From positions 416,001 through 480,000 of the forward strand of contig CBDCXV010000001.1 in NCBI GenBank assembly GCA_965223905.1: 64,000 nucleotides of DNA, in the 5' to 3' direction. Positions 9,899-19,047 of the stretch are shown piece after piece. This DNA is from Candidatus Latescibacterota bacterium (GTDB lineage Bacteria; Latescibacterota; UBA2968; UBA8231). A program made the translations under genes and the position numbers. Within the stretch, counting starts at the first letter, position 1, and each line of letters opens with the position of its first letter. The notes under the pieces were generated by a model. That model saw only the letters and a list, made by a program, of their open reading frames with translations, searched no databases and had not been told where the DNA came from.

Positions 9899-10109
9899 CA
9901 TACCCGCGGGAGATCGTCAACGTCATTCTACACCGACGGAAGTGGGGTGCGAAGCTCGAATACCCCGCCCGGCTGGTCGAGGCGGGCATGATAGATCACC
10001 CGGACGAAAGCCCGAAATAACAAGGGCGAGGCATTTCCCCGGGTAGTTGGGTCAGGAGCTTGGTGGCGGTTTGGGTACCCCTATCTGAATGGGAAAATGA
10101 AGGGAAGAC

Positions 10110-10761
10110 ATGTCGACTTCCGTACACATCGGCCAGACCATCCGGAACGCCTGCGTCTTCAACTTCCGCCGATACGAGAAATCCCCGATGAATGCGGATG
10201 CCCTGGTGCAAACCGTATCCCGCTTTTTTTCGCTTTTGGACGAACGGGAAGTCGAGTACTTGCTGGTCGGGGGCGTGGCGATGCTCCATTACGTTGAAGG
10301 GCGCAATACCGAAGACATCGACCTGATCGTGGGCGTCGCTTCCCTGGGGGCACTTCCCGAAATCACTATCGAACACCGGGACGGCCACTTTGCGTGCGGC
10401 AGGTTTGACGACCTGCGGGTGGAGTTGCTGCTGACCACCAATCCGCTCTTCGCCTTGGTGCAGCGGCGATACGCAACCCAGCACACTTTTCGGGAGCGCA
10501 GGATTCCCTGCGCAACGGTCGAGGGCCTCATCCTGCTCAAGCTGTACGCCCTTCCGTCCCTGTACCGCCAAGGCAACTTCGCCCCCGTTGGTCTCTACGA
10601 AAACGATCTCGCCACCCTGATGCACACCTACCAGCCCGACCTCGAACCACTCTTTGCGGATCTCGGTTCCCAGCTCAGCCCCGCCGGACCTGGGGGAGGT
10701 GCGCCGAATCACCGCAGAGCTCCAGCAGCGCATCGAGCGTTTCCGGCGTCCTTGGAAGTAG
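10110..10761 (+). CDS. Nucleotidyltransferase-fold protein (AbiEii/DUF6036-like); apparent +1 frameshift at about 10686
   Basis: Motif YLLVGGVAMLHYVEGRNTEDIDL and LILLKLYA. The +1 frame gives a natural helical end, DLGEVRRITAELQQRIERFRRPWK*. Confidence 0.72.
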
Positions 10762-10856
10762 GTCCCCGTCTCTGCCCCTCGAAGGCCCGCTCCGGTCAGC
10801 CACTCCCCTGGAATCTCGAACGGCGGATGCGGTCCGGAGGCAGGTGAGTTGATACG

Positions 10857-11510
10857 ATGCACATAGAAAACCACCGGCTCCGGGGTGACGGAGTGGAGTT
10901 CACCGAATCGCCGAACATCGGCGACCCCTTCGCGCCGGGCTACCCCGACACCATCGTCATACACTACACCGCCTGCCGCGACGCGCGCGCGGCCATCGCC
11001 ACCCTGACCGATCCGGAGCGGAAGGTATCCGCACACCTCGTGGTCGTCCGGGAGGGGGCCGTCGCGCAGCTGGTTCCGTTCGATACGGTCGCCTGGCACG
11101 CCGGGGTCAGCGCGTGGAAGGGGCGCACCTCCCTCAACCGGTTTTCGCTCGGAATCGAGGTCGACAACGCCGGGCGTCTCGAAGCGAGGGACGGCCTGTA
11201 TCTCACCCGGTTCGGAGACAGCTGTCCGGCGGCGGAGACGGTGCGCGCCGTGCACCGCAACGAGACCGAGGTGGCGTACTGGCACGCCTATCCCGAGTCG
11301 CAGCTCGACGTAGTCGAGAAGCTCTGCCGTCTGCTGATAGCGGAGTACGGAATCGTCGAAATCGTCGGCCACGAGGAGATCGCCCCGGATCGCAAGGTCG
11401 ATCCGGGCCCCGCATTTCCCCTCGACGAGATGAGGATCCGGCTTCTGGGCGGGACGGGGCCCGGTGGACTGGCGAACGGTAGCGGGGCGGCACTTCAAAC
11501 GGCCTCGTAA
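10857..11510 (+). CDS. N-acetylmuramoyl-L-alanine amidase (Amidase_2, AmpD-like)
   Basis: IVIHYT, VSAHLVV, AWHAGVS, SLGIEVDN and GHEEIAPDRKVDPG. Confidence 0.93.
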   Translation: MHIENHRLRGDGVEFTESPNIGDPFAPGYPDTIVIHYTACRDARAAIATLTDPERKVSAHLVVVREGAVAQLVPFDTVAWHAGVSAWKGRTSLNRFSLGIEVDNAGRLEARDGLYLTRFGDSCPAAETVRAVHRNETEVAYWHAYPESQLDVVEKLCRLLIAEYGIVEIVGHEEIAPDRKVDPGPAFPLDEMRIRLLGGTGPGGLANGSGAALQTAS

Positions 11511-11559
11511 CCACCGGAAAGCCGCCAGGCCGAACATTTACAGAAAGGGAGGCAGACGG

Positions 11560-12708
11560 ATGAAGATCACCGCCATAAAACCGGTCCTGGTCAGCGAAGG
11601 GGGCCGCAACTACTCCTTCGTGAAGGTGGAAACCGACGAGGGCATCTACGGTCTCGGCGAGGCCGGCGTCGGCCGCCGCGTCACCGCCGTGGCCGAGGTG
11701 TGGAAGTCGTTCGAGCGCGACCTCGCCGGAGCCGATCCGTTCCGCATCGAGCACCTCTGGCAGGTGATGTTTCGCGGCGGCTTCTTCCCGGGAGGGGTGG
11801 TGCAGACCGCGGCCGTGAGCGCCGTCGACATCGCCCTCTGGGACATCAAGGCGAAGGCGCTGAACGTCCCTGTCTACGAGCTTCTCGGCGGCCGCGTCAG
11901 GGACAAGGTGGCCTGCTATCCCCACGTCGTCGGCGCCGACACCGACAGCCTCGTGGCCGGCTGCCGGGCGCGCGCCGAAGCGGGGTGGAAGTTCGTGCGC
12001 TTCTCTGTCGACGACGTCGAGGGAAGAGAGCGGCTGTTCGAGCCGGGGCGTGCGCTGCGCCGGACCGTGGAAGGGGTGCGCGCCGTCCGCGAGGAGCTGG
12101 GAGAGGAGATTGAGATCTGCGTCGACGTGCACACCCGCCTCGACCCGCCGGACGCCATTCACTTCTGCCGCCAGGTGGAGCCCTACCGACCCTTCTTCAT
12201 CGAGGATCCGCTGCGCAGCGAGAATGCCGCCAGCCTGCGCACGGTGCGCCAGCAGACCAGCGTGCCCCTGGCGATCGGCGAGCAGTTCGCCAGCAAGTGG
12301 CAGTTCCGCGAGGTCCTGGAGGAGGACCTGCTCGACTACTGCCGCCTCGACCTGTGCATCGTCGGCGGTCTCACGGAAGGCAGGAAGATCGCCGGCTGGT
12401 GCGAGACCCATTACGTCGCCCTGGCGCCGCACAATCCCCTCGGCCCGGTCTGTACCGCGGCCAGCCTGCACTTCTGCCTCGCCTCGTCGCTGGTCGGGGT
12501 GCAGGAGCTGTCGCGCGAGCCTGGGACCGTCCTGAACGACGTCTTCCCCGTCCAGGTCGGCTTCGCCGACGGCCACCTGCTGGTGCCGGACGGCCCGGGG
12601 CTCGGGGTCGAGATCGACGACGAGGCCGCGGCCGCCAATCCCCACGTCGAGAACGACGGCCCGGTCTTGGGGTACCGCCGCGTGGACGGCTCCTATTCCA
12701 ACTGGTAG
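11560..12708 (+). CDS. Mandelate racemase/muconate lactonizing family sugar-acid dehydratase (galactonate dehydratase-like)
   Basis: VETDEGIYGLGE, SAVDIALWDIKAK, DVH, EDP, GE and APHNP. A GGAGG ribosome-binding site precedes ATG 11560. Confidence 0.9.
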   Translation: MKITAIKPVLVSEGGRNYSFVKVETDEGIYGLGEAGVGRRVTAVAEVWKSFERDLAGADPFRIEHLWQVMFRGGFFPGGVVQTAAVSAVDIALWDIKAKALNVPVYELLGGRVRDKVACYPHVVGADTDSLVAGCRARAEAGWKFVRFSVDDVEGRERLFEPGRALRRTVEGVRAVREELGEEIEICVDVHTRLDPPDAIHFCRQVEPYRPFFIEDPLRSENAASLRTVRQQTSVPLAIGEQFASKWQFREVLEEDLLDYCRLDLCIVGGLTEGRKIAGWCETHYVALAPHNPLGPVCTAASLHFCLASSLVGVQELSREPGTVLNDVFPVQVGFADGHLLVPDGPGLGVEIDDEAAAANPHVENDGPVLGYRRVDGSYSNW

Positions 12709-12784
12709 CGAGGGTCCGGAAGCCGGGTGCGGGTTCCGAACCCCGGGGTCAACCCGTATTATTGACCTACCCTCCTGGCACCTC

Positions 12785-15025
12785 ATGGTTCTACTCCTTC
12801 TCGCAATCGTCCTCATCCCGATACCGGACCCTGCCGGGGCCGACGGCTGGCCCCACTGGAGGGGCCCCGGCCATAACGGCGCTTCCGGCGAGACCGGTCT
12901 GGTTTCGGCCTGGTCCCGATCCGGAAGCGGCCTGCTCTGGAGCGCCGACTTCAGCGGCCGCTCGACTCCCATCCTCATGAACGGCCGTGTCTACGTCATC
13001 GGCCGGGTCGGAGAGGGGATCACCGAGCAGGAGCGCATCGCCTGCTTCGACGCCGGCACCGGCGCCCTGCTCTGGGAGGACCGACTCAACGTCTTCCACA
13101 CCACGATCCCGTTCAACCGCGTCGGCTGGGCCAACCTCGCCGGCGATCCCGAGACCGGCAACGTCTACGCCCACGGGGTACAGGGGATCTTCAACTGCTA
13201 CTCCGGCCACGGCGAGCTGCTGTGGTCGCGGTCGCTGACCGAGGAGTTCGGCCGCATCTCCGGATACGGGGGCCGCACCCACACCCCGTTCGTCGACGGC
13301 GACCTCGTGGTGATCTCGTTCCTCAACTCGAGCTGGGGGAACCAGGCCGTGCCCCGGCACCGGTATTTCGCCTTCGACAAGAACGGCGGCGAGGTGGTGT
13401 GGGTGTCGACTCCGGGCGGGCGGCCCCTCGACACCACCTATTCGACCCCCGTGGCCGCCGATATCGGCGGGCAGCGGCTGATGATCGCCGGCAACGCCGA
13501 CGGGGCCGTTTACGCCCTGCGCGCGGCGACCGGAGAGAAGGTGTGGGGCTTCCGGCTCAGCAAGCGCGGCATCAACGTCTCCGTAGTAGCCGGCGGCGGC
13601 CGGGTCTACGTCTCCCACAGCGAGGAGAACGTCGACAACACCGAAATGGGCCGTGTCGTCTGCATCGACGCCACCGGCACGGGGGACGTGACCGGCACCG
13701 GGGAAATCTGGCGCCGCGACGCCTTTCTGGCCGGCTACGCCTCGCCCGCTCTCGACGACGGCAGGCTCTACGTCGTCGACAACTCCGCCAACCTGCTCTG
13801 CCTCGACGCCGGCGACGGGACCCTGCTCTGGGAGCGCAACATCGGCACCATCGGCAGGGGCTCCCCCGTGGTCGCCGGCGGCAAGATCTTCGTCGCCACC
13901 GTCAACGGCAGGTTCGAGATCCTGCAGCCGGGAGAGGGGGAGTGCCTGCTCCTCGACGAGGAGCTGCTGGCCGCGGAAGGGGGACGGCCGCTGGAGATCT
14001 ACGGCTCGCCGGCGGTCGCCTGGGGCTGCGTCTACTTCGCGACCGAAAACGGGCTGTTCTGCCTCGGCGATTCCTACCGCGGGCCTTCGACATCCGCACC
14101 CTCCGGCTCTTCGGCAGCGCCGCCGGGTGCCCCTGTTCCGGCGGATAACCCGCCTGCATCGATTCAGCTCGTTCCGGCGGAGGTTCTTCTCGCCCCGGGA
14201 GAGTCGGCGCGGTTCGCCGCCCGCCTCTTCGATGCCGCGGGCAGGCTGTTGTCGGATGCAGGCGCCGGCCCGCAGTCCGTGGACTGGAGCCTCGAAGAGC
14301 TGGCGGGGGAAGTCGAGGCGGAAGAAGCGGCAACGGCCCTTTTCACCGCGGTTCCCGAGGTTTCGCAGACCGGCCTCGTAAGCGCGAGCCTCCGTTTCGG
14401 GCCCGAGGAGAGGGCGGCCCTGGCCGCACTCGCCCGGGTGCGCGTGGCCGCGGAGCGCGGCTGGAGCGAAGACTTCGAGTCCCTGAGCGCGACCGAAGGG
14501 GAGAACGCCGCCCCCGCCCACTGGATCGGCTCGGCGCGCAAGTTCTTCGTCCGCGAGCTCGACGGCAGCAAGGTCCTGGCAAAACCTCTGGCAAAGCGCG
14601 GTCTGCAGCGTTCCAACGTCTACCTCGGCCCGCCGGGGATGTCGGGATACACCATCCAGGCGGACATGATGGCCGCCCGGGGCAAGCGCAACCGTCCCGA
14701 CATGGGGCTGATCGCCAACCGCTATACCCTCGACATGATGGGCAACCACCAGCGCCTGCAGATCCGCTCCTGGGCCTCCGACCTGCGCATGGCGAAAACC
14801 ATCGACTTCGAGTGGGAACCGGAGGTCTGGTACACCGTCAGGATGACCGTGGATGTCGAAGCGGACAGGGCGGTCGTCAAGGGCAAGGTCTGGCGCCGCG
14901 GCGAAGACGAGCCGCAGGACTGGACGATCGAAGCGGAGGACCCGCTGCCGAACCGCAACGGAAGTCCGGGGCTCTACGGGTACTCCGCCGCCGAGATTTT
15001 CTACGACAACGTCCGCGTTTGGTAG
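12785..15025 (+). CDS. Secreted PQQ-like beta-propeller protein with an additional C-terminal beta-sandwich region
   Basis: Hydrophobic N-terminus then WPHWRGP, with repeated xTP...A.D..TG..LW blades. Ig-like and lectin-like C-terminal segments are inferred. Confidence 0.85.
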   Translation: MVLLLLAIVLIPIPDPAGADGWPHWRGPGHNGASGETGLVSAWSRSGSGLLWSADFSGRSTPILMNGRVYVIGRVGEGITEQERIACFDAGTGALLWEDRLNVFHTTIPFNRVGWANLAGDPETGNVYAHGVQGIFNCYSGHGELLWSRSLTEEFGRISGYGGRTHTPFVDGDLVVISFLNSSWGNQAVPRHRYFAFDKNGGEVVWVSTPGGRPLDTTYSTPVAADIGGQRLMIAGNADGAVYALRAATGEKVWGFRLSKRGINVSVVAGGGRVYVSHSEENVDNTEMGRVVCIDATGTGDVTGTGEIWRRDAFLAGYASPALDDGRLYVVDNSANLLCLDAGDGTLLWERNIGTIGRGSPVVAGGKIFVATVNGRFEILQPGEGECLLLDEELLAAEGGRPLEIYGSPAVAWGCVYFATENGLFCLGDSYRGPSTSAPSGSSAAPPGAPVPADNPPASIQLVPAEVLLAPGESARFAARLFDAAGRLLSDAGAGPQSVDWSLEELAGEVEAEEAATALFTAVPEVSQTGLVSASLRFGPEERAALAALARVRVAAERGWSEDFESLSATEGENAAPAHWIGSARKFFVRELDGSKVLAKPLAKRGLQRSNVYLGPPGMSGYTIQADMMAARGKRNRPDMGLIANRYTLDMMGNHQRLQIRSWASDLRMAKTIDFEWEPEVWYTVRMTVDVEADRAVVKGKVWRRGEDEPQDWTIEAEDPLPNRNGSPGLYGYSAAEIFYDNVRVW

Positions 15026-15045
15026 CGGCACGGGGGGAAACAGGA

Positions 15046-16491
15046 ATGATGAAGGGTGTCTTCTCGAAGCCGCGACTCCGCGGTGCGGTCCTGGCCGCCA
15101 TGGCCGCAGCTGCGCCGGCCGCGGCTGCTGAAACCGCGATGTTCGGCTTCACCCCGGGACGCAACATGACTGTCGAGGCCAGTTCCCTGCCGGCCGGCTG
15201 GAACGTGGAGACCGGGGAGGGAATCCTGTGGACGGCGCAGCTCGGCTCCCAGACCTACGCCGGCCCCCTGATCCACGGGGGCAAGGTGTTCGTCGGCACC
15301 AACAACCAGGCGCTGTACAACGGGAAACTCACCGGCGACCGCGGCGTCATCGCCGCCTTCGCGCTGGGAGACGGCAGCTTCCTGTGGCAGTCGACGCACA
15401 CCAAGCTCCCTTCCGGGCGGGTCAACGACTGGCCGCAGCAGGGAGTCTGCTCGACCCCGTACGCCGAGGGGGAGCGCCTGTACTACATATCCAACCGCTG
15501 CGAGGTCGTCGCCGCGGACACCGAGGGGTTCCGCGACGGCGAGAACGACGGGCCCTACCGGGACGAGGCGGATTCCAGCGACATCGACGGGGACGTCGTG
15601 TGGAAGCTCGACATGATCGAGGAGCTCAACGTCTTCCCGCACAACCTGGCCGTCTGCTCTCCCGTGGCGGCCGGCGACCTGCTGTTCGTTATCACCGGCA
15701 ACGGCGTCGATGAAGGCCACGTCCACATCCCGTCGCCGTTCGCCCCCAGCTTCATCGCCGTCGACAAGAGAACGGGCGAGTTGGCCTGGGAGGACGCCTC
15801 CCCGGGGGAGAACATCCTCCACGGCCAGTGGTCGAACCCGGCTTACGGGGTCATCGCCGGCCGCCCCCAGGTGATCTTCTCCGGCGGCGACGGCTGGGTC
15901 TACGCCCTCGACCCGGCGACCGGCGCGCTGCTCTGGAAGTTCGACTGCAACCCCAAGGAATCGGTCTGGGAGCTGGGGGGCAGGGGGACGCGCAACGCCA
16001 TCATCTCGACCCCCGTCATCTACGGGAACCGCGTCATCATCGGCGTCGGCCAGGATCCCGAGCACGGCGAAGGGGTGGGCAACCTGTGGTGCATCGACGC
16101 CACCGGAAACGGCGACGTCACCGCGACCGCGGGGGTCTGGCACCTCGGGGGCAGGAGCTTTCACCGCACCATGTCGACGGCCGCCGTCGAAGGGGGCCTG
16201 GTGTACCTCGCCGACCTCAGCGGCTTCGTCTACTGCATCGACGCCGAGACCGGTGAGGTGCAGTGGAAGTACGACGCCTTCGCGGCGATCTGGGGGTCCG
16301 CCCTGGTCGCCGACGGCAAGGTCTACATCGGCGACGAGGACGGCGACGTGGCCATCCTCAAGACCGGGCGCGAGCTCGAGGTGATCGCCGAGATCAACAT
16401 GGGCAGCTCGGTGTACACCACCCCGGTCGCCGACTCCGGCATCCTCTACATAGCCAGCCGCAACCGCCTGTTCGCCATCGGTGCGCCGTAG
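15046..16491 (+). CDS. Secreted PQQ-like beta-propeller protein
   Basis: Ala-rich signal peptide and blades such as AVDKRTGELAW, ALDPATGALLW and CIDAETGEVQW. Confidence 0.87.
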   Translation: MMKGVFSKPRLRGAVLAAMAAAAPAAAAETAMFGFTPGRNMTVEASSLPAGWNVETGEGILWTAQLGSQTYAGPLIHGGKVFVGTNNQALYNGKLTGDRGVIAAFALGDGSFLWQSTHTKLPSGRVNDWPQQGVCSTPYAEGERLYYISNRCEVVAADTEGFRDGENDGPYRDEADSSDIDGDVVWKLDMIEELNVFPHNLAVCSPVAAGDLLFVITGNGVDEGHVHIPSPFAPSFIAVDKRTGELAWEDASPGENILHGQWSNPAYGVIAGRPQVIFSGGDGWVYALDPATGALLWKFDCNPKESVWELGGRGTRNAIISTPVIYGNRVIIGVGQDPEHGEGVGNLWCIDATGNGDVTATAGVWHLGGRSFHRTMSTAAVEGGLVYLADLSGFVYCIDAETGEVQWKYDAFAAIWGSALVADGKVYIGDEDGDVAILKTGRELEVIAEINMGSSVYTTPVADSGILYIASRNRLFAIGAP

Positions 16492-16501
16492 CCGTCCGGG
16501 G

Positions 16502-17605
16502 ATGAGCGCGACCCCGGCAGAAAACCCGCCCGCCTCCCTGGCCGCGAAGGCCGCCGCTGCCCGGGAGCGGCTCGACGCCCACGTGCGCGAGCTGGTGCGC
16601 TGGCATTTCGGCCCCGATACCGGGTGCCCCTTCTGGCTCCAGTTCGCCGGACAGCTCGACTTCGACCCCCGCACCGAGATCGGCGGCTACGATGACCTGA
16701 AGCTGCTCGGGCACTTCCGCGACGAGTGGCTGCGCGGCGGGCCGGTGCGCAGGTGGGTGCCCAAGGCGTACGCGAACGATCCCGTGTACGTGTTCGAGAC
16801 CGGCGGCTCGACCGGCCTTCCCAAGAACCGCATCAACATCCGCGACTTCGAGATCGACTACCGGCAGTTCGGCGAGCGCCTTTCCGAAGAGGGGTTCCCA
16901 CAGGGCGGCGACTGGCTGATGCTGGGACCGACGGGACCGCGGCGACTGCGCCTGGCGGTCGAGCGCCTGGCCCAGATGCGCGGCGGCATCTGCTTCTTCG
17001 TCGACCTCGACCCCCGCTGGGTCAACAACCTGATCCGCCGCCGGGCCCACCAGGAGCTCGAGGCCTACAAGAGCCACGTCGTCGACCAGGGGCTGAAGAT
17101 CCTGCGCGCCCACGACAGCGTCCGCTGCCTGTTCACGACCCCGAGGCTGCTCGAGGCGCTGTGCGAGAAGGTCTCGCTCCCAAGGGCCGGGATCACCGGG
17201 ATCTTCTGCGGCGGCACCGAGATGGACGCCCAGTTCCACCGCTTCGCCCGCGAGGAGCTCGTCCCCGGCATCGACTTCGTGCCGACCTACGGCAACACCC
17301 TGATGGGTTTGGCGCACTGCCGGCCCTTCGAGCCGGGGCTGGGATACGACATCATCTACCATCCGCCGCACCCGCGCGCCGTCATCGAGCTCGTGGACCG
17401 GGAAGACAGCAGCCGTACGGTCGCCTACGGGGAGACCGGGCGGGTGATGCTGACGACGCTCACGCGGGAGTTCTTCATGCCCCGCTTTCTCGAGCGCGAC
17501 GAGGGGGAGCGCGCCGAGCCGGTCGACGACTACCCGTGGGACGGGGTCGCCAACGTGCGCCTGCTGTCGTCGCTGCAGGAGTCCGTGACCGTAGGGGTGT
17601 ACTGA
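16502..17605 (+). CDS. EhpF/LuxE-like short adenylate-forming enzyme (ANL superfamily)
   Basis: WHFGPDTGCPFW, P-loop FETGGSTGLPK, GGT, PTYGNT and ERD. Lacks the usual ANL C-terminal domain. Confidence 0.72.
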   Translation: MSATPAENPPASLAAKAAAARERLDAHVRELVRWHFGPDTGCPFWLQFAGQLDFDPRTEIGGYDDLKLLGHFRDEWLRGGPVRRWVPKAYANDPVYVFETGGSTGLPKNRINIRDFEIDYRQFGERLSEEGFPQGGDWLMLGPTGPRRLRLAVERLAQMRGGICFFVDLDPRWVNNLIRRRAHQELEAYKSHVVDQGLKILRAHDSVRCLFTTPRLLEALCEKVSLPRAGITGIFCGGTEMDAQFHRFAREELVPGIDFVPTYGNTLMGLAHCRPFEPGLGYDIIYHPPHPRAVIELVDREDSSRTVAYGETGRVMLTTLTREFFMPRFLERDEGERAEPVDDYPWDGVANVRLLSSLQESVTVGVY

Positions 17606-17610
17606 CCGCC

Positions 17611-19047
17611 ATGGCCGCACCCTGCCACATCCCGATTCTCAGACAGGGAGAGCCGTACCGCAGCCTGCGCCTGGAAACCCTGCGGCACACAGCCGGGGGC
17701 GAGCCGGTCGCCGAGGTCTCCCAGGCCAACGCCGGCCTCATGGCGCGCGATCTGTCGCGGGCCCACCTCGCGCAGCAGCAGCTGGCAGCGCTGCCGGCGG
17801 AAGAGCTGCTGCGGATCTGCCGCCGCGCCGGCGAGCTGTTCGCCTCCGCCGACCTGCCGCTCGGGGAGCAGGCGCAGCCCTTCGACACCTACGTCGCGCA
17901 GCTGTCGGCCACCACCGGACTGCCCCGGACCCTGTGCCGCAGCAATGCCGCCAAGATCGCCTCCGCCCTCGGACAGATGGCCGAGATCGTCGGCGGACTG
18001 ACGCGCGGCGCCGGGCTCGATATCATCGACAGCGGCTGGGGGGAGCAGGGCGCCCGCCCGCTCAGCTACCGGCGCCTGGCCGACGCTCTCGGAGCGGTGC
18101 TGCCCAACAATTCCCCCGGGGTGCACACCCTGTGGCTGCCTGCGCCGGCTCTGAAGATTCCGGTGGCGCTGAAGCCGGGCAGCAGGGAGCCGTGGACTCC
18201 CTTCCGCATCGCCCAGGCCTTCATCGCCGCCGGCTGTCCCCCGGCCGGCTTCAGCCTCTATCCCGGCGGCCACGACATCGCCGGGGAGCTGCTGCTCCGC
18301 TGCGGCCGCTCGCTGCTGTTCGGGGGAGAGGAGACGGTCGCCCCCTGGGCCGGCGACCCCCGCGTCGAGATACACGGCCCTGGGTGCAGCAAGATCCTGT
18401 TCGGCAGCGATGCCGCCGGCGACTGGGAAAGGCATCTGCCGCTGCTGCTCTCCTCGGTCGCCGACAACGGCGGCCGCTCCTGTATCAATGCCTCCGGGGT
18501 GTGGGTTCCCGCCCGGGGGCGCGAGATCGCCGAGGCCCTGGCCCGGCGCCTGTCCGAGATCGAGCCGCTTCCCCTCGACCACCCCGAGGCCGCCCTCGCC
18601 GCCTTCCCGGACCCGGACGCGGCCCGGCGGATTTCCGACTTCATCGATCAGAGGCTGGAAACTCCCGGGGCCGCCGACCTGACCGCGGCGGTTCGGGCAA
18701 ACGGCCGCGTCGCCACCGCCGGCGGGTGCACCTTCCTGCGCCCGACGGTGATCTGGTGCGAGGATCCGGAGCACCCGCTCGCCGACACCGAGTTCCTGTT
18801 CCCGTTCGTCGCCGTGGTCGAGGCTCCCGCGGAAGAGATGGCGGAACGGATCGGCCCTTCCCTCGTCGTCACCGCCGTGACCGAAGACGCGACGCTACGG
18901 GCGCAGCTGATGGGCTCTTCCAGGATCGACCGCCTCAACTTCGGGGAGGTGCCGACGAACGAGATCTCCTGGGACCAGCCGCACGAGGGAAACCTGTTCG
19001 AGCTGCTCTACAGGCAGCGGGCCTTCACCATGAGGCGGCGCGCCTGA
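17611..19047 (+). CDS. Aldehyde dehydrogenase-fold protein (EhpG/LuxC-like acyl reductase candidate)
   Basis: VLPNNSPG, LKPG, FGG, HGPG and a catalytic Cys in NGGRSCINAS, plus EFLFP. Confidence 0.8.
   Translation: MAAPCHIPILRQGEPYRSLRLETLRHTAGGEPVAEVSQANAGLMARDLSRAHLAQQQLAALPAEELLRICRRAGELFASADLPLGEQAQPFDTYVAQLSATTGLPRTLCRSNAAKIASALGQMAEIVGGLTRGAGLDIIDSGWGEQGARPLSYRRLADALGAVLPNNSPGVHTLWLPAPALKIPVALKPGSREPWTPFRIAQAFIAAGCPPAGFSLYPGGHDIAGELLLRCGRSLLFGGEETVAPWAGDPRVEIHGPGCSKILFGSDAAGDWERHLPLLLSSVADNGGRSCINASGVWVPARGREIAEALARRLSEIEPLPLDHPEAALAAFPDPDAARRISDFIDQRLETPGAADLTAAVRANGRVATAGGCTFLRPTVIWCEDPEHPLADTEFLFPFVAVVEAPAEEMAERIGPSLVVTAVTEDATLRAQLMGSSRIDRLNFGEVPTNEISWDQPHEGNLFELLYRQRAFTMRRRA

Noticed and set aside
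9899-10020. Possible IS5-like remnant (YPREIVNVILH)
   Set aside because: The similarity is too short, with no terminal repeats or DDE region.
16502-19047. Phenazine or bioluminescence (lux) operon
   Set aside because: No phz core genes and no luxAB or luxD in the window.
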